A stretch of 64,000 nt of DNA from an uncultured Lachnospiraceae bacterium (GTDB lineage Bacteria; Bacillota; Clostridia; Lachnospirales; Lachnospiraceae): NCBI GenBank assembly GCA_946547315.1, contig CAMNOY010000002.1, positions 13,878 to 77,877 of the forward strand, written 5' to 3'. This document shows, piece after piece, positions 57,209 to 64,000 of this stretch (the stretch's first letter is position 1; every line of letters starts with the position of its first letter). A program made the position numbers and the translations under genes. The notes below the pieces were generated by a model, which was not told where the DNA came from, made no database searches, and saw only the letters and a program-made list of their open reading frames with translations.

Positions 57209-57916
57209 ATATTTCCAAACCATTGCTTCATGTTTTTTCAGTTTAAACAAGATGCTTAGTGCTTCCGTTACGGATTTAAGCTTCAGTGAAGAATCACCGC
57301 CGATATAGTGGATAGGAACCTCAATGCAGTTAAGATTTCTGCAGTAATACCTCATCTCTGTCTGATACATATGCCCCGTGGACAGGAACTTATCAAGAAA
57401 CATCCCCTGCAGTACTTTTGCCTGAAATCCCTCAAACCCGCTTGTCATATCTTTTAGCTTTGTTCCGAGTACAAGGTTTGCGAGTATCGTTCCGCCGGAA
57501 CTTAAGATCCTTCTGTACAGAGGCTGGTGACTCATCTCTCCTCCCGCTGTAAATCTCGAGCCCCATACACAATCGTATCCTTCTTCGAGCTTTTCAACAA
57601 ACTGTGGTATCTCCTCGGGCTGATGGCTACCGCCGCCATCCATTTCAAGAACACAATCGGCTCCATCAGCCAGTGCCTGACGGTATCCTTCCAGATAACA
57701 CGAAATAACACCCTTTGATTCTTTGTAGAATATGCACTTAACTCTTCCGGTAGGTTCATAACTGCGTATGATCTCTTCCGTTCTGTCCTTGGAATATGAA
57801 TCCACAACCGGATACAGATAGAGATTATCGTACGGAAGTGCCAGTATTTTGTCTATCACCTGTCCCATTGTAGCCTCTTCGTTGGCAACAGGCATTACAA
57901 TGATTATTTTCTTCAT
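57206..57916 (-). CDS. family 2 glycosyltransferase (DPM1-like, soluble)
   Basis: 236 aa, IIIVMPVANEEATM...GT-A fold. ATGA overlap with the upstream GH5 gene. Confidence 0.8.
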   Translation of the reverse strand: MKKIIIVMPVANEEATMGQVIDKILALPYDNLYLYPVVDSYSKDRTEEIIRSYEPTGRVKCIFYKESKGVISCYLEGYRQALADGADCVLEMDGGGSHQPEEIPQFVEKLEEGYDCVWGSRFTAGGEMSHQPLYRRILSSGGTILANLVLGTKLKDMTSGFEGFQAKVLQGMFLDKFLSTGHMYQTEMRYYCRNLNCIEVPIHYIGGDSSLKLKSVTEALSILFKLKKHEAMVWKY

Positions 57917-58818
57917 GAATCTTTCTTATCCGACATAATCTTTTTGAACCATTTCGCTGTGTCGGAATATTCCTCGTCTTTCCAGCAAGAAAGCGTTTTT
58001 ACTTCCGGGCGGATCAGGGAAGAACTTTCATCTTTGTTGCTGAGATTCCATACAATATATGAAATATCATTCTCATCGGCAAAATCAATCCATCTCTTTC
58101 CCATCTCGTAATCTATAACGCCATCTCCGGATGCATCACAGATGCTGCATTCGCTTATAAACAGAGGAACATTACCCGAAAGGGCCTTCTTAGCTTTTTC
58201 AAGGTATTTATCCTGATGTGTTGAAGCATAAAAATGCAGTGCATACATAACGTTTTCGTCGGAACACTTTTGACCGATCACATCATCAACATCCTGGGAC
58301 CAGTTGTTAGTTCCGACAATTATCATCGAGTCTTTATCATGCTTTCTGATAACAGGAATGATCTCTTCCGCGTAAGGTCTTATGACTTCACCGAACGGGG
58401 ATTCCTGCGGCTCATTGCATATCTCGTAGATCACGTTTGTGTGATCTGCCAGCTTCTTTGATATTTCATCGAAAAATCGTGCAGCTTCATCCTTATACAG
58501 CATCGGTGTCTTGTCATACAGTATATGCCAGTCAACTATGACATACATATCAAGGCCGGTAGCGATTTTAACCCCTTTAAGCATAAGCTGTTTTAATTCT
58601 TCCTTGTTTCCGTCGGTACAGTATCCTCCGGGCTCATCGGTGTACATAGCCAGTCTTATCGTATTGGCTCCCCACTCATCCCTGAAAGTCTTAAAGGATT
58701 CTTCCGTAATATACTCGGGATAACGAAGTCCGAGCGTACTGATACCGCGAAGCTGTACAGCTTTGCCCGTCTCATCCGTAAGTTTAACTCCTTTTACCTT
58801 AAGTTTTGATAAACTCAT
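57913..58818 (-). CDS. GH5 family endo-beta-1,4-glucanase-like protein without signal peptide
   Basis: 301 aa. IYEICNEPQ (acid/base Glu) and LFISECS (nucleophile Glu) contexts. The catalytic domain starts at residue ~1. Confidence 0.8.
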   Translation of the reverse strand: MSLSKLKVKGVKLTDETGKAVQLRGISTLGLRYPEYITEESFKTFRDEWGANTIRLAMYTDEPGGYCTDGNKEELKQLMLKGVKIATGLDMYVIVDWHILYDKTPMLYKDEAARFFDEISKKLADHTNVIYEICNEPQESPFGEVIRPYAEEIIPVIRKHDKDSMIIVGTNNWSQDVDDVIGQKCSDENVMYALHFYASTHQDKYLEKAKKALSGNVPLFISECSICDASGDGVIDYEMGKRWIDFADENDISYIVWNLSNKDESSSLIRPEVKTLSCWKDEEYSDTAKWFKKIMSDKKDS

Positions 58819-58849
58819 ATATTAATTCCCCGATCTGATCAGCAAATCC

Positions 58850-60157
58850 TCAGTAATATCTTCTGATCGTTATTATCGATCTGTAAAACGCGCTGCTTAT
58901 TTTGATACCCGTTGCCGCAGTACTCGCATGCACTATCATATTGTTGCCGATGTATATTCCCACATGTCCGCCGTAATAAATAATGTCACCTGCCTGAGCC
59001 TGGTCGAAGGAAACTTCATCACCTCCGGCTGACTGGGCATATGAACTTCTCGGTATACTTATCCCGAAATGTGAATACACTCCCTGTGTAAATCCGGAAC
59101 AGTCACACCCGTTTGTAAGTGATGTACCCCCGGCTACATACGGACATCCCACAAACTGCAGGGCGTAATTTGCTATATCAGCTCCTGTACCCGAACCGCT
59201 CGCCCTGACACTTGTGCCGCTCGGTCTGCTCTCCGAATGGGATTCGCTGTCACCGTCCGAGTCGTTGGAATCATCTGACGATTCACTATCTTCACTATTT
59301 CTCGACTCTTCCTGAGCCTTTTTCTTCGCTGCAGCCTCTTCGGCCTTTCTTTTAGCTTCTTCTTCCGCCTTCTTTTTAGCTTCTTCGGCTATTTTTTCGG
59401 CTTCTGCCTGGTTAAGTTTCTTTAGGTTGTCAGATTGCTGCGATATCTGATTTTTATATTCACTGGCTCTTGATTTTGCCTTAGACAGCTGGGCTGCAAA
59501 GTTTTCTGCCGTCTCCTGCTTCTCAGCTATCAGCGCATCAAGCTCTTCTTTCTGAGCGTTAAGATCTTCTTTTATCTCCTCGAGTTCAGACAATTCATCC
59601 TCAAGCTGGATTTCCTTATCTTCGACTTCAGCTCTGGCAAGTCTGTACCTCTCAAGCATCAGTCTGTCGTATTTATAGAGTTTCTCAGAGTATTCGGACT
59701 TGTTTACTGCTTCCGCCATGCTCTTGGACTCAAGGAACAGTTCAAGATATGTAGCACTTCCTCGCTCATACATGAACTTAATCCGCCTTGCCATTGCTGT
59801 CTCCTGAGCGCTGACTTTTGCTTTGGCTTCTTCAAGTTCCTCTTTTGTCTTCTCTATATCCTGCTCTTTATTTCCGATATCGGATTCAAGAAGATCAACC
59901 GATAGCAAAAGGTCAACAAGTTCAGCATCGAGTTCCTCAAGTTCCGCTTCCACAGCCTCCTGCTCTTCGGAAATACTCTCGATATCTTTATTAACACTTT
60001 TCAGATTGCTTTCGGCTTCGTTTTTTTTGTTTTGAGCCTCCTGCTTCTCGTCCCTGATCTCCTGAAGAGTTGCAGCACTGACACTAAATGTACTGCCTGT
60101 AATAATCAGACACGCCGCAAGAAGAGCCGCATTCCCCTTTAATGCAAATCTCCCCAT
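58850..60157 (-). CDS. secreted peptidoglycan endopeptidase: CwlO/PcsB-like coiled coil + NlpC/P60 domain
   Basis: Signal peptide, coiled coil, Ser/Asp-rich linker, and a C-terminal NGCDCSGF...H motif of NlpC/P60. Confidence 0.85.
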   Translation of the reverse strand: MGRFALKGNAALLAACLIITGSTFSVSAATLQEIRDEKQEAQNKKNEAESNLKSVNKDIESISEEQEAVEAELEELDAELVDLLLSVDLLESDIGNKEQDIEKTKEELEEAKAKVSAQETAMARRIKFMYERGSATYLELFLESKSMAEAVNKSEYSEKLYKYDRLMLERYRLARAEVEDKEIQLEDELSELEEIKEDLNAQKEELDALIAEKQETAENFAAQLSKAKSRASEYKNQISQQSDNLKKLNQAEAEKIAEEAKKKAEEEAKRKAEEAAAKKKAQEESRNSEDSESSDDSNDSDGDSESHSESRPSGTSVRASGSGTGADIANYALQFVGCPYVAGGTSLTNGCDCSGFTQGVYSHFGISIPRSSYAQSAGGDEVSFDQAQAGDIIYYGGHVGIYIGNNMIVHASTAATGIKISSAFYRSIITIRRYY

Positions 60158-60187
60158 ATTATCATCCCCTTATTAAGTCAAAACCTC

Positions 60188-61582
60188 CTAAAGTTCCGCT
60201 GTTCCTACAGTTCTCGGGAAAGGAAGCACATCCCTTATATTGCCCATCCCCGTCAGGTACATGACACACCTCTCAAATCCGAGCCCGAATCCCGCATGCC
60301 TTGCGGATCCGTACTTACGAAGATCAAGGTAAAAATCATAATCTTCTTTTTTAAGGCCCAGTTCATTCATTCTTGCAAGAAGAGTATCATAATCATCTTC
60401 TCTCTGACTGCCGCCGATTATCTCGCCTATCCCCGGTACGAGACAATCCATTGCGGCAACTGTCTTGCCGTCTTCGTTGAGCTTCATATAAAAGGCCTTG
60501 ATCTCCTTCGGATAATCTGTTACAAACACAGGCCTCTTGAATTCTTTTTCCGTAAGGAATCTCTCATGTTCCGTCTGAAGGTCACATCCCCAGCTTACCT
60601 TATACTCGAATTCATCATTATGCTTTTCAAGTATCTTCACGGCATCAGTGTATGTCACCCGGCCGAAATCCGATGAAGCAACATGCTGAAGCCTCTCAAT
60701 AAGACCCTTGTCGATAAAATTGTTGAAGAACTGCATCTCTTCCGGAGCATTTTCCAGAACATAATTAATGATATATTTTATCATACTCTCCGCAAGAGCC
60801 ATATCATCATCAAGATCCGCAAATGCCATTTCGGGCTCAATCATCCAAAACTCTGCTGCATGTCTCGTAGTATTGGAATTCTCAGCCCTGAATGTAGGCC
60901 CGAATGTATATATGTTCTTGAAGGCCATTGCAAATGTTTCTCCGTTAAGCTGTCCGCTTACGGTAAGGTTGGTCTCTTTGCCGAAGAAATCCTTCGAAAA
61001 ATCAACGCTGCCGTCAGGAAGTCTTGGAGGATCAGAGGGATCAAGTGTTGTTACCCTGAACATTTCACCGGCTCCTTCACAGTCGGATCCTGTAATAAGC
61101 GGAGTGTGCACATACACAAAATCCCTTTCCTGGAAAAACTTGTGTATGGCATATGCTATAAGAGAACGCACTCTGAATACTGCGGAAAATGTGTTGGTTC
61201 TCGCACGTAGATGCGTGATCGTACGAAGATATTCCATTGTATGACGCTTTTTCTGAAGCGGATAATCCGGTGTCGAAGCACCCTCTATATAAATATCCTT
61301 TGCCTGTATCTCGAACGGCTGCTTTGCCTGGGGAGTTGCCACCAAAGTTCCCTTAACGATAAGAGCCGCTCCCACATTTGTCTTGCTTATCTCGGCAAAA
61401 TTAGGCAGTGCATCGGAATACACAACCTGTACCGGCTCAAAAAATGTACCATCATTAAGTACTATGAACCCGAAGGTTTTGGAGTCCCTTATACTTCTTA
61501 CCCATCCCCCGATACTGACTTCTTTGTCGAGGTATTCATCCCTTTTCTTAAATAGTTCTCTGACTGTTGTTAACTGCTCCAT
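60188..61582 (-). CDS. asnS: asparagine--tRNA ligase
   Basis: 464 aa, class IIb aaRS with an N-terminal OB fold. The sequence is typical of AsnRS (...[10 protein letters not shown]...GFGLGFER). Confidence 0.93.
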   Translation of the reverse strand: MEQLTTVRELFKKRDEYLDKEVSIGGWVRSIRDSKTFGFIVLNDGTFFEPVQVVYSDALPNFAEISKTNVGAALIVKGTLVATPQAKQPFEIQAKDIYIEGASTPDYPLQKKRHTMEYLRTITHLRARTNTFSAVFRVRSLIAYAIHKFFQERDFVYVHTPLITGSDCEGAGEMFRVTTLDPSDPPRLPDGSVDFSKDFFGKETNLTVSGQLNGETFAMAFKNIYTFGPTFRAENSNTTRHAAEFWMIEPEMAFADLDDDMALAESMIKYIINYVLENAPEEMQFFNNFIDKGLIERLQHVASSDFGRVTYTDAVKILEKHNDEFEYKVSWGCDLQTEHERFLTEKEFKRPVFVTDYPKEIKAFYMKLNEDGKTVAAMDCLVPGIGEIIGGSQREDDYDTLLARMNELGLKKEDYDFYLDLRKYGSARHAGFGLGFERCVMYLTGMGNIRDVLPFPRTVGTAEL

Positions 61583-61615
61583 TTTCTCATCTTCCTGTTT
61601 ATATAATTTGTCGGA

Positions 61616-62470
61616 TTAATTTCCTTTTACACCACCATCAGCATTTTCCGCCAAAAAATCCTGAACCTTTGAAGTAAGGATGTATTCTTTGAGTTCCTCC
61701 ATCCTCTCTTCACCTTCCTGCCTGAATGCTTCCTCGGATTCAAATGCGCCGAGGTCTACATACTCTTTAATTGCTTTTTGTATATCCTCATCCGATACGG
61801 TAATGTTCTCTGCCTTGGCTATTGCCGCAAGTACCATGCTCTCTTTCGCGGCTACCTTTGCATATTCTATAGCCTGGGTGTTAAACTCCTCTACGGTCAG
61901 GCCCATCTTCTCATTCACAAAGTCCTCAAATGTCATGTTAAGGCTTTGCGCATATTTGCGTGCGGATATGACGGATCTCTCAGTCTTCTTCTGAAGATAA
62001 TCCGGCGGAAAATCCCTGATAACAGTTGCATTGTCAACCGCTGTATTCCACAGGTCTTCATAATACTGAAGTTCGTAGAACTCGTCATATTCCGACCTCA
62101 TCTCATCTTCAAGTGCTGCCGTATATGCAGCCATATCCTGGTAATGACCTCCGGATATCTCTCTTATAAAATCATCCGTCAGCTCCGGTATTGTCCCGTC
62201 AGGTTTGGCATATGCATTCGCAAGCATATCAAGCTCTTCCGCAAGTTCTTCTTCGGTCACCTCATACGATGCCCTGTCAACTTTTAAGCCCTTATACTGC
62301 CCCAGTTTTATATAATCATCGGGGTTAAGTTCGCCCGTCCTGCCGCATCCGGATATAGATAGGATAATCAGCGTACATAAAACTATTTTATTTAACAGGT
62401 TTTGCTCCTGCTTTTTCCTGCATTCTTTCAACAAACTGTTTAAACTTGCCCTTTTTCTTGCCGCCACCAC
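61616..62470 (-). CDS. lipoprotein with trigger-factor-like N/C domains but no PPIase domain
   Basis: Lipobox LSISGC and a TF C-terminal-like region. The start is uncertain (GTG 62470 or in-frame TTGs at about 62434/62431), and it overlaps the upstream gene. Confidence 0.65.
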   Translation of the reverse strand: MVAARKRASLNSLLKECRKKQEQNLLNKIVLCTLIILSISGCGRTGELNPDDYIKLGQYKGLKVDRASYEVTEEELAEELDMLANAYAKPDGTIPELTDDFIREISGGHYQDMAAYTAALEDEMRSEYDEFYELQYYEDLWNTAVDNATVIRDFPPDYLQKKTERSVISARKYAQSLNMTFEDFVNEKMGLTVEEFNTQAIEYAKVAAKESMVLAAIAKAENITVSDEDIQKAIKEYVDLGAFESEEAFRQEGEERMEELKEYILTSKVQDFLAENADGGVKGN

Positions 62471-62885
62471 TTTGAGTTATCGGTCCGTGTATACCCTTTA
62501 CGCTCGTAATATATATACCGCTGACGGTTGCTTTAACTTCCTTTTTAACCGGTACATTATCAAATATCTTGTCATCGCACACAAGTGACATTACCTGCGG
62601 ACCGACCTTGGCCTTAACAATGGGCAGTTTTGTCCATCTCATCATCTTGGGCGTCTGGTCTATTACCGCCTGCGGAAGCCCGGATTCTTTGATCTTCATC
62701 CGCTTCTTATCTATTATCAGCATGGAAACAGTCTGCTTCATTGCATCGATCTGCTCCTGCTGCTGGGCTTCCCTCTTCTGTGCCTTTTTCCCCAGAAAAT
62801 ACAAAAGTACAACGATTCCGACAAGAACAGCAAGCACTATCAGCATAACTATTGTTGCTGTCGAAATCAAAAAAATACCGTTCAT
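62388..62885 (-). CDS. single-pass membrane protein of unknown function
   Basis: 165 aa with an N-terminal TM and a Lys-rich tail. GGAGA RBS. Confidence 0.6.
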   Translation of the reverse strand: MNGIFLISTATIVMLIVLAVLVGIVVLLYFLGKKAQKREAQQQEQIDAMKQTVSMLIIDKKRMKIKESGLPQAVIDQTPKMMRWTKLPIVKAKVGPQVMSLVCDDKIFDNVPVKKEVKATVSGIYITSVKGIHGPITQSGGGKKKGKFKQFVERMQEKAGAKPVK

Positions 62886-62937
62886 TTAAACAACTCTCCT
62901 TATACAATCCTTCTTCAAAGCAATCCAAATGATTTTA

Positions 62938-63381
62938 TCACATACCGCCATTCATTGAAACCGAATTTTTAATCTCCATCTTTATTTTACAGTTCGCAAG
63001 ATGTTCATAGTTAATATCCAGCGCATAATCTATATCGATATTGATTGAATCTTCGTTTTCTCTTATATCTATATTATCGGTATCTATTCCTACAAGAAGA
63101 GTCCCGTAAGGAGTGACATAGTTTGTCATATTACGCTTGTTCTTTTCGAAGACCATCTCAACGTTAGTAAATCCCGACTTGCTGATAGAGAGCATATCAC
63201 CGTCGAATCTGACAATATTTTTAGTGATCTCGTCGGCACCTTCTCCTATCTCATCGTACAGCACATAGTGATGATTTTTCTTCTTGTAGTAGCTGCCCGG
63301 AGTGAGTATTTCAATTTTATCGCCTTCGGGGTTACTGCCAAACTGCATTCCGGCGACAGACACCCATACATCTTTATCCAT
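62938..63381 (-). CDS. DUF1934 (YwiB-like beta-barrel) protein
   Basis: 147 aa. Family assignment is from memory of YwiB-like sequences. Confidence 0.6.
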   Translation of the reverse strand: MDKDVWVSVAGMQFGSNPEGDKIEILTPGSYYKKKNHHYVLYDEIGEGADEITKNIVRFDGDMLSISKSGFTNVEMVFEKNKRNMTNYVTPYGTLLVGIDTDNIDIRENEDSINIDIDYALDINYEHLANCKIKMEIKNSVSMNGGM

Positions 63382-63402
63382 ATTCGTCTTCCTGTAATTT
63401 CC

Positions 63403-64000
63403 TTAAAGTTCAAGGGATTTGAGCATATCGTTTTCCTGATTGACTATGTGTATCTCTGCCGCAATACACGCACTGCCCTCGTCTCCTTTGATAACACAAT
63501 CCGTAATCTTGGCATGTTCCTCGATCAGTCTGGCGTGATTGGCAGCATCCTTGATATATTCAAGTCTGTATCTGTATATCCTCTCGGCCAGATTATTGAC
63601 CATCTGAACAAGTCGTTTATTGTGGGATGCGGCAAGTATCACATCATGAAACCGTACGTCAGCCTGTGCTATCAGAGTAACATCGCCCGTTCCCGTTGCT
63701 TCCTCAAATGCCTTCTGTGCTATCCTAAGTTCCTCTGCCTGCTCGCTTGTAATCCTTTTGCAGGCAAGCTTCGTCGCAAGAGAATCCAGCGCCAGCCTTA
63801 CTTCCAGGACATCTCTTATATCCTGTTTACTGATCCTCGCAACCTCTGCACCCCTCCTCGGTATCATCGTAACAAGCCCTTCAAGCTCCAGCATCCTTAT
63901 CGCTTCTCTTATCGGGGTTCTCGAAACCCCAAGTCTGTCTGCGAGATGGATTTCCATAAGTCGCTCGCCGGGTTTGAGAACTCCGGTTAGTATCCCCTGT
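63403..64000 (-). CDS. GntR family transcriptional regulator with FCD domain (5' end outside window)
   Basis: ...LADRLGVSRTPIREAIRMLELEGLV... HTH followed by an FCD-like helical domain. The ORF is open to the window edge. Confidence 0.85.
   Translation of the reverse strand, partial: QGILTGVLKPGERLMEIHLADRLGVSRTPIREAIRMLELEGLVTMIPRRGAEVARISKQDIRDVLEVRLALDSLATKLACKRITSEQAEELRIAQKAFEEATGTGDVTLIAQADVRFHDVILAASHNKRLVQMVNNLAERIYRYRLEYIKDAANHARLIEEHAKITDCVIKGDEGSACIAAEIHIVNQENDMLKSLEL

Noticed and set aside
57024-57209. The 61-aa track ORF (MVITFILYRRINYGCRNAYICRHSRTCYNCCGRCFRSYKRY...).
   Set aside because: It has no RBS and an Arg/Cys/Tyr-rich composition typical of an off-frame translation. The overlapping 41-aa frame at 57061-57186 has an RBS and a membrane-helix sequence.

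Overview
This is a 64-kb chromosomal segment from a low-GC Gram-positive anaerobe. Gene content and protein sequences look like Clostridia, possibly Lachnospiraceae, but that is inference only. I call about 65 CDS, roughly 90% on the minus strand, packed tightly with many 1-4 nt overlaps. The content is housekeeping: glgP, ileS, a complete F1Fo ATP synthase operon (atpZ/I-B-E-F-H-A-G-D-C), comEB-upp-rpiB-tsaC, dnaB-rplI-gdpP, rpsF-ssb-rpsR, asnS and plsY. It also holds an anaerobic redox/fermentation block (ferredoxin, pfl/pflA, rubredoxin-FprA), cell-wall hydrolases, and a pentose/oligosaccharide utilisation locus (ABC transporter, GH43, FGGY kinase, FucI-like isomerase, AraC). I saw no rRNA, tRNA, CRISPR, transposase, integrase, phage or recognisable defence genes. 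Four things are worth a second look. (1) An unclassified GC-rich structured repeat of about 95 nt occurs three times in the same orientation. Each copy abuts the stop codon of an unrelated gene, and one copy sits inside the atp operon. One compensatory base-pair swap supports a conserved structure, and a solo end-like motif lies at the rpsR stop. (2) The pyruvate formate-lyase locus is split. A 679-aa catalytic ORF lacks the glycyl-radical domain. It is followed by a 64-aa degenerate paralog lacking the glycine loop, then an 80-aa GrcA-like ORF carrying RVSGYAV, then pflA. (3) An orphan promoter-hairpin-terminator unit of about 90 nt, a candidate sRNA, lies in a ~600-bp ORF-poor gap upstream of mecA. 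(4) There is a Na+-type ion-binding signature in the ATP synthase c subunit, an odd AAC(3)/DUF4910-ACP-MaoC mini-cluster, and a pentose locus without canonical isomerase/epimerase genes. All family assignments come from reading the translated ORFs from memory; no searches were run.
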